In this document: one piece after another, positions 18,496 to 28,168 of the stretch
Position numbering within the stretch: position 1 is the first letter of the stretch
Layout of the letters: every line of letters begins with the position of its first letter
NCBI GenBank assembly: GCA_016192545.1
Contig: JACPTX010000007.1
Coordinates: 1-53,626 of the forward strand
Source of the DNA: Candidatus Omnitrophota bacterium
GTDB lineage: Bacteria > Omnitrophota > Gorgyraeia > Aquiviventales > Aquiviventaceae
DNA length: 53,626 bases
Direction of reading: 5' to 3'
The notes under the pieces: generated by a model
Databases searched by the model: none
What the model was told of the DNA's origin: nothing
The model's input: only the letters and a program-made list of their open reading frames with translations
Position numbers and translations under genes: made by a program

Positions 18496-19306
18496 GCGCG
18501 CTCACCAGCCTCTGGTAGCCGGCATACCAATCAAACGCGCCGGCCATCGCCATCCGGAATTCCGGCAGCCCATCCGCCCAGGAGATCCGCGTCCGCCGAA
18601 GGCGGAACCGATCCGCGCCAGGCCGGTTCACGCCGGCAATCGTGGTGAAGGCCCCGGCATAGCCCTCCTCGGCCACCGCCGCGACCGTCGAGGCGTCGAA
18701 CGCCGCATAGCTGCCGTAGGGATACGCGAACAGCGTCACCGGACGCCCCAGCCGTTCCTCGAGGAGCCGCTTGGACTCGCGCAGCTCCCTGCGCACGGTC
18801 TCGGACGGCACGCCGCGCAGCTTGGCGTGCGTGACGGCATGCGAGCCGACCGTCACCAAGTTGGAGCCGGCCAGCTGCGCCAGCTCATCCCACGTCAGCC
18901 GGTCCGGCCCGCGGCCCACCAGGTCCGTGGCGATGAACACCGTACTGGGAAACCCAAGTGACTCGAGCACCGGGTGGGCGTTCGTCAGATAATTCCGAAA
19001 CCCGTCGTCAAACGTCAGCATCGCCGACGGCCCAGAAGGCCACGGCAGGCGTCCCGCGATGATGTCGATCGCCTCTTCCCCGCCGATCACGCGGAATCCC
19101 TCGTTTCTCAGCCAGTGCATCTGCGCGGCAAAGAGCGCCCAAGGCGTCGTCATCTGGTCCCAGTCGCCCGGCGTCTCCTCGTCGGTAATCGCATGATACG
19201 TCAGCACGCGGATCGCCGGCTCGCCGTTGAGGCGCCCACCCAGCGCGAACGCCGCGCGCCCCACCCAGCGCCGCAGCCGGATCTTGGCCGGTTTGCGCTC
19301 AGGCAT
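18488..19306 (-). CDS. Polysaccharide deacetylase (NodB/CE4 family)
   Basis: VLTYH, LTFDDG, VGSHAVTH and FAYPYG motifs. Confidence 0.9.
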   Translation of the reverse strand: MPERKPAKIRLRRWVGRAAFALGGRLNGEPAIRVLTYHAITDEETPGDWDQMTTPWALFAAQMHWLRNEGFRVIGGEEAIDIIAGRLPWPSGPSAMLTFDDGFRNYLTNAHPVLESLGFPSTVFIATDLVGRGPDRLTWDELAQLAGSNLVTVGSHAVTHAKLRGVPSETVRRELRESKRLLEERLGRPVTLFAYPYGSYAAFDASTVAAVAEEGYAGAFTTIAGVNRPGADRFRLRRTRISWADGLPEFRMAMAGAFDWYAGYQRLVSAHV

Positions 19307-19562
19307 CGACCTGGACGCCCCGCTTCGCCAACGCCGCTTTGAGATCGCCGAGACTGCGAATCCCCATGATCTCCGCGAGGGTCAGCGTCACCTGATAGCG
19401 CTGCTCCACCGCGCTGACCAGCAGGATACTGCGCAGCGAATCCCATCCGCGCACCGTCTCCGGCGAGGAGGCATCCGTCAGACTGGAGGGGTTCGCATGG
19501 AGCACCTCGCCGATCAGCCGGTACAACCCGTCTCCGGCCTGGCGCAGCGGAGCCATGCTCAT
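19299..19562 (-). CDS. Acyl carrier protein
   Basis: 87 aa with a GWDSL phosphopantetheine site, directly after FkbH (ATGA overlap). Confidence 0.85.
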   Translation of the reverse strand: MSMAPLRQAGDGLYRLIGEVLHANPSSLTDASSPETVRGWDSLRSILLVSAVEQRYQVTLTLAEIMGIRSLGDLKAALAKRGVQVDA

Positions 19563-21268
19563 TCCGCCGTCACCGTCACATGCGCCGGGACGGCCGGAAC
19601 ATGCGCTAACTCAAGCTGCCAGCGCTGCACTGAATCGTCGGTGCGCATGAGACTCACGCCACAGGCCTCGAGAAACCTCCTGGCCGGGGTGTTCTTCTCA
19701 GAGGGCCGATAGGCCACGCGCAGCTCCGACACCCCCCCGGCCTTCGCCCAGCCCGCCAGCACGCTCAACACGCTCTGCTCGACCCCTTTGCCCAACACCC
19801 GGCAGCTCAGCAGCCACAGGGGCACGTCCCACCAGCGGTCGTGCCGCTCAATGCTGAGCGCGCCGCTGATGCCCTGGTCGCCGAATCGGTCCGAGACTTC
19901 AATGGCATAGAGCCGCCGCCGAGGATCCCCCAGCCATTCAGCCAGCTGCGATTCGGTATAGCGCTCAAGCGTCAGGTTGAACTGGTTGGTCCGCTGGGTG
20001 AGCTGGGCCAGGCGCGGGATGGAAAACCGATCAGCCTCTCGAAGCCGGATCTGCACCTGCAATTGGCTGAGATACTCGTCGAGCGTGCGGACCTGCGTCC
20101 GGAATTCCCGCCGAGACCGCTCCTGCGCATACATGGCCCCCCGCCGGCGGTCTTCAGGCGTCAGGGACACCGCGTCCAACCCGACGAGCCGCTGCAACGT
20201 CCGCGCATACCCCGCAGGGTCCGGCGGCAGCTCCGGCACCAGCACCTCCGGGAGCTGCTGGGACACGAGCCACCGCTGCGCCGGCTCATCGTCGAGATAG
20301 ACCAGACTGTCCAGCCCAAGGTTGAGCTCTTCGGCGATGGCGCGCAGGTTCTCGGTCTTGGGCTCCCAGTTGATCTTCATCGACGCGAAATGCGGCTCGC
20401 GCAGCACCATCGCCGGATGCTCCCGGATGACTTTCAGGGCGTCGTCGGGATTGTTGGCGCTGTTGACGGCCAGCAGCACGCCGCGCTCGAATAACGCCAG
20501 CAGCTCCTGCTGGAACGCGACGAACGTGTTGCCGGGCGGTGTCGCACCGAGCTGGATGCCGTCGAAGCCGTCCTCGCCGACGATGCCGCCCCACAGCGTG
20601 TTGTCCAGATCGAGCACGAGGCATTTCCGGCTGCGTCCCCGCAGCGCCAGCAGATAGCGGGCATAGTCGTCGCCCAGCCGGCTCCAGGCGTCCGGCGCCA
20701 GTTCCATATCCGCGAGGTAGTACAGCCGGTCATCGAAGGCGGCGTCTTTCCCCGATCGGCTCAGCACGCTGTCGAGATCCAGCAGGAACACGCGCGCGTC
20801 GTTGCGGAACTCCTCCTGCAGGCGCTGGTTGATCCACCGCACGGTTTCCAGCCAGCCGAACTTCTGCTTGGACTCCAGAAGGCCCAATGGCGAGCTGGTG
20901 GGAACCGCCAGTCCATGCACCAACACCAAACCGGAGGTCCAAGTGGCAGCCACCTGCGCCATCTTGCTCAATCGATTGGCGGCGTCTTCGGCCGCACTCC
21001 TGCGTTCCTCAACTGTGACTCCGTACGGGTTCGTCCACAGTCCGCTCAACAGCTCGCGCGCGCTCACCACAAGGATCGTCAGCTCTGGACGGAACGTGTA
21101 TAACTCGCTGGCAGGATTGATGACCTCTTGCTGCCATTGGCCGTACGGCGCGACGTACCACGCCGTCTGGATGCCATGCGCGGCGCAGCGCGGCGACACC
21201 AGCTCCGGCACATGCCGCAGCGTGCCGGATCCGACCAAGGCGACGCGCACCGGCGCCGGGTCAGGCAT
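19559..21268 (-). CDS. fkbH: FkbH-like HAD-IIIC glyceryl transferase/phosphatase
   Basis: KCLVLDLDNTLWGG, INWEPK, YLDD, RTNQFNLT, DRFGDQG and LLSCRVLG motifs; start ATG 21268. Confidence 0.93.
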   Translation of the reverse strand: MPDPAPVRVALVGSGTLRHVPELVSPRCAAHGIQTAWYVAPYGQWQQEVINPASELYTFRPELTILVVSARELLSGLWTNPYGVTVEERRSAAEDAANRLSKMAQVAATWTSGLVLVHGLAVPTSSPLGLLESKQKFGWLETVRWINQRLQEEFRNDARVFLLDLDSVLSRSGKDAAFDDRLYYLADMELAPDAWSRLGDDYARYLLALRGRSRKCLVLDLDNTLWGGIVGEDGFDGIQLGATPPGNTFVAFQQELLALFERGVLLAVNSANNPDDALKVIREHPAMVLREPHFASMKINWEPKTENLRAIAEELNLGLDSLVYLDDEPAQRWLVSQQLPEVLVPELPPDPAGYARTLQRLVGLDAVSLTPEDRRRGAMYAQERSRREFRTQVRTLDEYLSQLQVQIRLREADRFSIPRLAQLTQRTNQFNLTLERYTESQLAEWLGDPRRRLYAIEVSDRFGDQGISGALSIERHDRWWDVPLWLLSCRVLGKGVEQSVLSVLAGWAKAGGVSELRVAYRPSEKNTPARRFLEACGVSLMRTDDSVQRWQLELAHVPAVPAHVTVTAE

Positions 21269-22196
21269 CGCCGCTCCGTTGCGCAAGCAGATACAGGTCA
21301 TGGCCGGTGTCGCCGAGCAGCGTCAGCGCGCCGTTCACCGGCACCGCCAGCGCCTTCATGGTGTAATGTTTGGCGAGATACAGCGTGCGCGCAAGCCGCA
21401 TGCGGCCCGTCGCGGCGCGGCCGTGGCCGGAGGCCCGGCCGAGCGCCCTCGACGCCACCCCGAACTGCAGCGTCTGGTGCAGCCAGCTTTCGGCCTGCGC
21501 CATGCCGACCGCCACGCGCTCCACGCGGAACCCCGCTCCGACGACCGCGCGCTCAAGCGCGCGCCGGCTCCAGCGCGTCAGATGGTGCGGAGGAGCATCC
21601 CAGTGATAGCGGAACGCCGGACGGCGGTCCCGGTACGGCACGCTCAGCGCCAGCCAGCCACCGGGAACCACGAGGCGGTGCACCGTCTGTAAGAACGCCC
21701 GCGGCGAGGGGCTGTGCTCCAGCACTTCAAACGCCGTCACCACGTCGAATGCGCCGGGGCGCAAGGTCTCCAGCGGCGCGGCGTACAGCCGCGACAGCCC
21801 GTGACGCCGCGTCGCTTCTCCGATCGCGTGCTGGTCGAAATCCACGCCGCTCACCTCGTAGCCGCGACGGCGCGCCGCGGCCAGAAACGCGCCGGTGCCG
21901 CAGCCGACGTCCAGCAGCCGCCCGCCGCGGGCCGGCAGGTCGCGCAGGAACTGCCGGTGGTTCCACAGCAGCCCCGCCGGCTGGAACCGGTCGCGCATGA
22001 CGTACATCGGCTGGCCCTCGTACCACGGCCCGTCCACGGACGGCATCGGATCGCTGTACACCACGTCGCATCCCGCGCAGTGGACCAGCGCGGTGTCTCC
22101 GTGCCGCTCGATGACGCGCGGCGCGGCCGGCGGCGCCGCGCAGACCGGGCACGCGGTCCCGGCGCCAACGGCCCGGCTCGGTGCGGTGGTCGTCAT
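21261..22196 (-). CDS. Class I SAM-dependent methyltransferase with N-terminal Zn ribbon
   Basis: CPVC...CAGC, LLDVGCGTG, FDVVTAFEVLEH and PPHHL motifs; start ATG 22196 (ATGA overlap). Confidence 0.9.
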   Translation of the reverse strand: MTTTAPSRAVGAGTACPVCAAPPAAPRVIERHGDTALVHCAGCDVVYSDPMPSVDGPWYEGQPMYVMRDRFQPAGLLWNHRQFLRDLPARGGRLLDVGCGTGAFLAAARRRGYEVSGVDFDQHAIGEATRRHGLSRLYAAPLETLRPGAFDVVTAFEVLEHSPSPRAFLQTVHRLVVPGGWLALSVPYRDRRPAFRYHWDAPPHHLTRWSRRALERAVVGAGFRVERVAVGMAQAESWLHQTLQFGVASRALGRASGHGRAATGRMRLARTLYLAKHYTMKALAVPVNGALTLLGDTGHDLYLLAQRSGDA

Positions 22197-23734
22197 TGCG
22201 GAACTCCTGCCACCGCGGTCAAACGGCTTCGGATGCGGCCAAGTACCTGCGCCAAGAGTTGGCGCTCGGACGGAGACAGGACCTGAAGGGCCCATGCCGC
22301 CAGGCCATAGATTACGCACACCACGAGGGTCGCAATCGACAGCGTCATGACGGGATGGCGATCCGGCAGCCATGGCAGTAGACCCACCGCGCTGAGCACC
22401 GTGCAACCTCCCGCGACTGCCAGGCGCCACGAGCCGACTGTCACGCGCACGGCCGCTGACCGGCCGGCCGCCCAGAGCAGCATCACCTGCGCCAGCAGCG
22501 CGCAGGTCATCGCGGAGGCCGGGCCGTAGTACGGATGGAGCGGCACCAGCACGGCGTTCAGCAGCAGACTGACCGCCGCCGAACCCACATAACACCGGCA
22601 GATCGTGCCCGTGCGGCGCTCCAAAAAGAGCACCCGCTCCATCGCGCTCCGGATGATCATCAAGACCGGAAGCGGCAGCAGCGCCAGCATGAGGCCGCGC
22701 GGTCCGACGTACGCCTCGCTGGCCAGGAAGGCGATCAGATCCCGGCCCCACAGCCCCAACACCACCAGGATCGGCAGGACGATCAGCAGGCTGTACCGAA
22801 CTGAGGCGTTCATCAATCGCCGGCAGCGCGTCAGGTCGCCGGCGTTGTGGGCCGTCAAGGCATACGGATCGAGCACGCTGCTCACCATGGTCGCGGTGAG
22901 CGCCACGACCATCGCGACCAGCCCGTACTGGTAGGCGTAGACGCCCACTTCATGCGTGGAATGAAATAGGCCGATGAAATACCGGTCGGACCAGCCGATC
23001 ACGAAGTTCGACACATTGGTCAGCATCAGCGGCAGCCCGAACCGAACCGCCGTCGCGTAGAGGGCTGGGCGCAGCGGCGCGCGCCACAACCCCTGCGGGC
23101 CGGCGAAGACGATCCCCAGCACCACGGCGGCGAACGCGCCGGACAACCAGCACGCCAGCACCCGCGGCAGCGTCACGCGTGCCGGCGACACCGCAAACAA
23201 CCCGAACACCGCCAGTGCCCAGGCGGCGTTCTGCAAAAAACTGACCAGGTTGCTGCGCTCGATCTCCGTGCGCACCACCAAGTACCGGCCCAGTTCAGTC
23301 GCCCCAATATCGCAGAGGATGATGCCGATGGTCAGATAGAGCATCACCTCGCTTCCCCGCAGTTGCAGGAAACGTCCGGCCGCATCCCTGAATCCCGGAA
23401 TTGCGAGGAGCGCTCCCGCGACCGCGACAATCAGGCACGTCTGTAACCCGACAATGCTCTTGAGGAGTGTCTGGGCCTCCTCCCGGGGCCGTCCAGGCAC
23501 CTCTCGCTCATAGTATTGATGGGCGCCTAACCGGAGCAGGTTCATCGAGAACATGACTGTGGTCGCCAGGAGGGCATAGATCCCGTACTGCTCCGGCGCC
23601 AGGGCCCGTCCCAGCGCAAGCACCAGGAGCATGCGGGCAGCCAGCTGCACGAGGAAGAAGAAGCCGTTGTTGACCGCCTGGCTGACCAGCCGCGTCCCGA
23701 ACGCCAGGGCAGGATGGGGGCTACCACCGCTCAT
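22193..23734 (-). CDS. wzx: Oligosaccharide flippase (Wzx/MOP superfamily)
   Basis: About 14 TM helices; RALAPEQYGIY, FGLPL, SDRYFIG...EVGVY and LNAVLVP..GPA motifs. Confidence 0.85.
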   Translation of the reverse strand: MSGGSPHPALAFGTRLVSQAVNNGFFFLVQLAARMLLVLALGRALAPEQYGIYALLATTVMFSMNLLRLGAHQYYEREVPGRPREEAQTLLKSIVGLQTCLIVAVAGALLAIPGFRDAAGRFLQLRGSEVMLYLTIGIILCDIGATELGRYLVVRTEIERSNLVSFLQNAAWALAVFGLFAVSPARVTLPRVLACWLSGAFAAVVLGIVFAGPQGLWRAPLRPALYATAVRFGLPLMLTNVSNFVIGWSDRYFIGLFHSTHEVGVYAYQYGLVAMVVALTATMVSSVLDPYALTAHNAGDLTRCRRLMNASVRYSLLIVLPILVVLGLWGRDLIAFLASEAYVGPRGLMLALLPLPVLMIIRSAMERVLFLERRTGTICRCYVGSAAVSLLLNAVLVPLHPYYGPASAMTCALLAQVMLLWAAGRSAAVRVTVGSWRLAVAGGCTVLSAVGLLPWLPDRHPVMTLSIATLVVCVIYGLAAWALQVLSPSERQLLAQVLGRIRSRLTAVAGVPQ

Positions 23735-24881
23735 CCGTCTCGCTCAAGTGTTCCGCCAGCGTGCCGCCGGTCCGGGTCCGCTTCTGGAACGCCAGGACGA
23801 CGTACCGGGTCATCAAGTCCACCAGGCCGATATCCGGGCGGAACCGCCGGATTTCCTCGGCGATCCGCGACAGGCGGCTCTCCTCGAATTGGTTCAGCAG
23901 CCGGGGGCTGAGGCCCGCGCGGTCATCGGTATCATGCGGCGGCAGCAGCGGCCGGACGCCGAGCAGGGCCAGGTCATGGCGGTCCGCCCGCTCCACGTAC
24001 TCGTTGATCGTGGGATGGGCTTTGCCCTGGTGGTAGGCGCGGTACCGCTCCAGCCAATCCTGCGCCTGGTCCGGATGGCGGGCCGCGACGTACCGCGCGA
24101 AATCGTCCTCGGTCATCCGCTGGCAGGCATAGGGAAAATCCCCGGCGATGAACGTCGAGTTCACCGGGTACCACCAGGAATCCGCCAGCGCCGCGAACAC
24201 GCCGCCTTCCTCTAAGGCGGCGCTCACCTTGGCGAACAGCCGGTCCGGGTCGAAATACGAGAGACACAGAAAGGCTGTAATAAGATCGAAGGACTCCTGC
24301 AGCGTGAAGAGATCTCGGACGAGATACCGATCAATCACCGGGGCGCGCCGCAGGACCGGCCGCCAGAACACCGAGCCGCGGGGCGGCAGGTACCCGAAGC
24401 TGTTGAACAGCGGCGACAGCCGCTTGCCGCGCCAGGCGGCCTCGCCGATCAGCACGCGGCGCAGCCGGGGCGAGAAGGCCGCCGCCGCGGCAGCCGCCCG
24501 GAACCGCGCCCAGTAGTTCAAAAATTGCGCCGTCGGGAGCTTGCGCGAGAGATCCTTCAGTTCCACCACCGTGACATGCCGGGCGACCCCCTGCCCGCGC
24601 AGCAGGCGCGCGATCGTGCCCTCCGCTCCGCCGATCTCCAGGGCCCGTGCCCAGCGCATCGGCAGCCCGAGGCTGGCGAGGAAGTCCATGACCACCGCGT
24701 ATTCGTAGACGTCCTTGACGAACCGGTCAATCCCCATGACCCAGCCATCGGGGTCCTCGTAGCCCGCGAGCACGTCGCGGGCGGTGACCCGGGGCGCCCG
24801 CTCGCCATAGCCCTCGACGCGCCTCAGCTCGACTCCGCTGGAGGTCGTGAAGGAGGGGCTAGAGGAGATTGAACCGCTCAT
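23721..24881 (-). CDS. Putative class I SAM-dependent methyltransferase (divergent)
   Basis: ALEIGGAEG motif I, ESFDLIT and LEEGGVF, with a long insertion between the motifs. Confidence 0.6.
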   Translation of the reverse strand: MSGSISSSPSFTTSSGVELRRVEGYGERAPRVTARDVLAGYEDPDGWVMGIDRFVKDVYEYAVVMDFLASLGLPMRWARALEIGGAEGTIARLLRGQGVARHVTVVELKDLSRKLPTAQFLNYWARFRAAAAAAAFSPRLRRVLIGEAAWRGKRLSPLFNSFGYLPPRGSVFWRPVLRRAPVIDRYLVRDLFTLQESFDLITAFLCLSYFDPDRLFAKVSAALEEGGVFAALADSWWYPVNSTFIAGDFPYACQRMTEDDFARYVAARHPDQAQDWLERYRAYHQGKAHPTINEYVERADRHDLALLGVRPLLPPHDTDDRAGLSPRLLNQFEESRLSRIAEEIRRFRPDIGLVDLMTRYVVLAFQKRTRTGGTLAEHLSETDERW

Positions 24882-26178
24882 GGTCTCGATTCGGCTCCGC
24901 CGCCTTGGTGACGGTCACGATCGGCTCCACCTCATCCGGGGCCTCCGCCGCCGTCCCATCGCTCCAATAGAGGCGTCGGTTCGTGGGGCTCAGGGTGCGG
25001 TCCGCGACCTGCGGCACCCGCGCCTGCTCGACCTCGGGGCCGTTGGCGTGGTTCCAAACGGTGTCCTTGACCCGCCACCGCCCGCCGGGCCCCCGGTCCC
25101 AGATGGACAGGTCGCGCATCGGCTCCACGCACCCCTCGAACTCCTCCTCGGTCATCCCGAGGAATTTCAGGTACACGTCCAGGGTCCGCGGGCGCGCCGC
25201 GTCGTAGCGCCGGACCATCTCGATGCCCTCCTCGCGCGTCATGCGGCCGTAGCGGATCTCGGTGCTGGCGTCGTCCGTCGCCCGGCCGTAGCCGAACTTC
25301 AGGTACTTCATGTAGTCGTGGACCTCGTTGGCGTGGTCATCCGTCTTGGAGTACAGGCTGAAGGTCCGGTCGCGCCGCCGCGTCAGCGGCTGGAACTTGT
25401 AGCGGCTGATCACCAGCTCGGCTTGGGCCTTGGCATCCCAATAGATGTAGTTCGTCAGGAAGATGCCCCGCACCCCGACCTGCTCGATCTCCTCATCGGT
25501 CGGATAGATGTAGGGATACAGGTCCTGCCACGTGATCCCACTGGCAGGGTCCTTGACGATGTCCTCCGGCTCGATGCCCCGCATGTCATGCTCCTGCCGG
25601 ACCCACTTGGTGAACTCCACCATGTCGTCCAGCGTGAAGACCCCGGTCAGCTCCCCGTAGTGCTCCGGCCAGATGATCAGCGGGATCTGGTACTTGACCG
25701 ATACCTGGAACGGCACGGTCATGATGCCGGCGTGGTAGTGCCAGGTCAGGTCGCCGACTTTCTTGACCATGTACCGGGCGATCTTGCGCACCGACTCGGG
25801 ATTGGCGGTGAACCGGAGCAGGTCCACATTGAACTGCTCGACCAGGTTGTTGAGGTTGCGCAACCCCAGCGAGGTATTGAAGGTATGGTTGAACGTCACG
25901 CAGAGGGGGTTGAGGCCGTAGACGCGCTTGATGAGATGGACCTGGAAATGGCTGTCCTTGCCCCCGCTGACCGGCACCAGGCAGTCGTAGATGTGGCCGG
26001 CCGCGCGCGAGCGCTCCTTGTACTCGGCCAGGAGGCGGGCCAGCGTCGCCTCCCGCTCCTTCCAGTTGATCCGGTGGCGCGCCTCGTGATGGCGGCAACC
26101 GCTGCAGATGCCTTGGTCGTCGAAGAGGATGGTCGGCCTGGCGTTTTCCGGATACAAGCACCGCAGGCAATATCGCAT
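24859..26178 (-). CDS. wbuX: N-acetyl-sugar amidotransferase (WbuX/PseA family) copy 2
   Basis: YCLRCLYP...GICSGC, YDCLVPVSGGKDS PP-loop and YMKYLKFGYGRAT..S.EIR.G.MTREEG motifs. Confidence 0.92.
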   Translation of the reverse strand: MRYCLRCLYPENARPTILFDDQGICSGCRHHEARHRINWKEREATLARLLAEYKERSRAAGHIYDCLVPVSGGKDSHFQVHLIKRVYGLNPLCVTFNHTFNTSLGLRNLNNLVEQFNVDLLRFTANPESVRKIARYMVKKVGDLTWHYHAGIMTVPFQVSVKYQIPLIIWPEHYGELTGVFTLDDMVEFTKWVRQEHDMRGIEPEDIVKDPASGITWQDLYPYIYPTDEEIEQVGVRGIFLTNYIYWDAKAQAELVISRYKFQPLTRRRDRTFSLYSKTDDHANEVHDYMKYLKFGYGRATDDASTEIRYGRMTREEGIEMVRRYDAARPRTLDVYLKFLGMTEEEFEGCVEPMRDLSIWDRGPGGRWRVKDTVWNHANGPEVEQARVPQVADRTLSPTNRRLYWSDGTAAEAPDEVEPIVTVTKAAEPNRDHERFNLL

Positions 26179-26190
26179 GAATCGCTCCGC

Positions 26191-27276
26191 CTAATTCGTG
26201 TGCCGCAGGTAGCCCCGGCGGCCGATCTCATCCGCGAAATTCCGCGCCAATTGAACCGCCGCCTCGTCGGTCAGATGCACGTAATCCGCCAGCAGCTCAT
26301 GCGGGATCAGGCGCGCGTTGTCCACCAGCGGTACGCCCGACCGACCGGCCACGGCCCGGATGAGGTCCTGCATCGGCGCCTCCTGCGGCCGCTGATAGTC
26401 CTCCAGCAGCTCCGGGCGGATCGCCTGGGTGGACAGCATGATCGGCACGTCCTCGTACCGGGCCACCTGCACCATCAGCGACAGATTGCGCTCAAACGCC
26501 CGGAGCCCGAACGGCACCCAGCGCTCCTCGAACATCGCCTCGGTGAGCCCCTCGCGCTCGAGCTTCAACCAGTCGGCGACCCGATGCGTCAGCACCGAAT
26601 AGAGCGCCGAATGGCACAGCCAGCGGTGCCACGCCGGCGCCAGCAGATGCCTCCGCAACTCGCCGACATCCCGCGCCGGCGTCAGGATCCCGACCAGCCC
26701 CAGGTCATTGACCATCTCATAGACGATCAAGACGTCCGGCTCATAGTTGATCAGGCGCGTGACAAGATTGGCCAGGTTCTCGTAGGTGGTCCACCCCGGC
26801 AGGCCGGCATTGATCACCTCGATCCGCCGATCCGGATGCCGCGCCGCCAACTCGCGCTCCAGCTGCGCCGGCCAGGACGCCTCTTCGCTCGAGAGGTAGT
26901 ACCCCCCCCACGTCGAGGACTCCCCCAGGCAGATCACCCGGAAGACCTCTGCCGGCTTGACCGGCTCAAAGGGCCTGCCGCGCAGGCCCGCCGCGTTGTA
27001 GCGGTAGACCTTCGGATGCCGGAGATCCACGCGCGCGACGCTGTCCGGCTTCCAGGTCCAGTTGACATAGGGGTGAGGAATCTGCAGCGCTTCCTGCGCA
27101 TTGTGCGTGTGCACGTTCACGCCGTGGATCGCATCGTAGGCGCGGACCGCCAGCTCGCCGGAGGTCATCAGGCTGATGACGGACAGACCCGCGCTCAAGA
27201 CCAGTCCGCGGCGGCCGTTCCGCTTCCGGCGCCAGGCGGCGGCCGGCACGCGCGGGTTAGTCCGCTGACGGGTCAT
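26191..27276 (-). CDS. Membrane-anchored SGNH/GDSL-family protein (paralogue B)
   Basis: N-terminal TM helix; NAAGLRG, ICLGESSTWG, EVINAGLPG, VNDL and DYVH motifs. Confidence 0.82.
   Translation of the reverse strand: MTRQRTNPRVPAAAWRRKRNGRRGLVLSAGLSVISLMTSGELAVRAYDAIHGVNVHTHNAQEALQIPHPYVNWTWKPDSVARVDLRHPKVYRYNAAGLRGRPFEPVKPAEVFRVICLGESSTWGGYYLSSEEASWPAQLERELAARHPDRRIEVINAGLPGWTTYENLANLVTRLINYEPDVLIVYEMVNDLGLVGILTPARDVGELRRHLLAPAWHRWLCHSALYSVLTHRVADWLKLEREGLTEAMFEERWVPFGLRAFERNLSLMVQVARYEDVPIMLSTQAIRPELLEDYQRPQEAPMQDLIRAVAGRSGVPLVDNARLIPHELLADYVHLTDEAAVQLARNFADEIGRRGYLRHTN
26906..27063. repeat. 158-bp direct repeat, copy 1 (partner 28875-29032)
   Basis: Hand alignment gives 156/158 identity with 28875-29032. 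Confidence 0.92.
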
Positions 27277-28159
27277 CCGGAACCGCCCGGTTGCGCCGCT
27301 CGTAACTCACGCCCTCCCCTACGCGGGCCAGATGCCGATCCCACGGCTCCTTCGACGGCAGGAACTTGAAGGCCGCGGCATCACGGATCGCCCCCTTCGG
27401 CGGCGTCGCCCGGTGCACGACGTTGGAATTCCACAACACCACGGAACCGGCCCGGCCTTCCATCGCGACCCAGCCGCGGTTCAACCGATCGGCAAACCGC
27501 TCACTCTGGTAGCGGTCGAAGAACCCGCTGCGCAGCAACCGGCGGGTTCCCGGCCAGGGGTGAATCCGCAGCGCCCCGCTGGTCTGGTCGCAGTCGGTCA
27601 GGTACACCATCGCCTTGAGGACCGCCGGCGGATAGTTGTCGGTATGCCACAACCCGGATGCTTCCATCGAGCGTTCTGTCGGGACCAGCCGGTAGATCTC
27701 CGCACTATAAATCTTGAAGTGCGAGCGGAACGCGGCCTCCAACGTGGCGACGATCTCCGGCCGCAGGAACTGAAAGATTTCCGGGACGTCGCGGACGCAG
27801 TGCGAAATCTGGATCATCCACGGCTCGAGCTCGTCTACCGACGTCTGCCCTGCGGCGGCGAGCCGCTCAACCTTCTGGGCGATCGTCTGCACCAACCCTG
27901 GGTCTTGCGGCGGGAAAATATAGTAGCCATCGGTCCTCAGCTTCCGGACGGCTTCCTGTACGACGGGGCCGGCGGCCGCGCCATCGCCGCCGGGATGCAC
28001 ACGGCGGCACTCCCGCCAGTACTGCAGATAGCGGAGGTTCTGCCGCATCGGCCTGATGTTGCCGAACACCAGCCGGTTGGGCCGGAACGTGTCGAGCGCG
28101 GGATAGCGCGCAGCCAACCGCCGATAGCCCGTCTTCACCCGCTGCAGCACCGCGTCCAT
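27257..28159 (-). CDS. Fe(II)/2-oxoglutarate dioxygenase, PhyH (phytanoyl-CoA dioxygenase) family
   Basis: WHTD (HxD), MVYLTD...GAL and GSVVLWNSNVVHRA...R facial-triad pattern. Confidence 0.82.
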   Translation of the reverse strand: MDAVLQRVKTGYRRLAARYPALDTFRPNRLVFGNIRPMRQNLRYLQYWRECRRVHPGGDGAAAGPVVQEAVRKLRTDGYYIFPPQDPGLVQTIAQKVERLAAAGQTSVDELEPWMIQISHCVRDVPEIFQFLRPEIVATLEAAFRSHFKIYSAEIYRLVPTERSMEASGLWHTDNYPPAVLKAMVYLTDCDQTSGALRIHPWPGTRRLLRSGFFDRYQSERFADRLNRGWVAMEGRAGSVVLWNSNVVHRATPPKGAIRDAAAFKFLPSKEPWDRHLARVGEGVSYERRNRAVPDDPSAD

Positions 28160-28168
28160 GGCTCCCTC

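Noticed and set aside
19299-21268. PKS/NRPS or antibiotic biosynthetic cluster (FkbH, ACP, carbamoyltransferase, TylF, radical SAM)
   Set aside because: There are no KS, A or C domains. Wzx, WecA, ligase and several glycosyltransferases indicate a cell-surface glycan.
24847-27369. Long plus-strand ORFs (840 aa here; also 581-2437, 1707-3506, 9323-11551, 46298-48490 and others)
   Set aside because: They are antisense shadows of well-supported minus-strand genes in high-GC DNA, with no recognisable motifs and Arg/Pro/Ala-rich composition.
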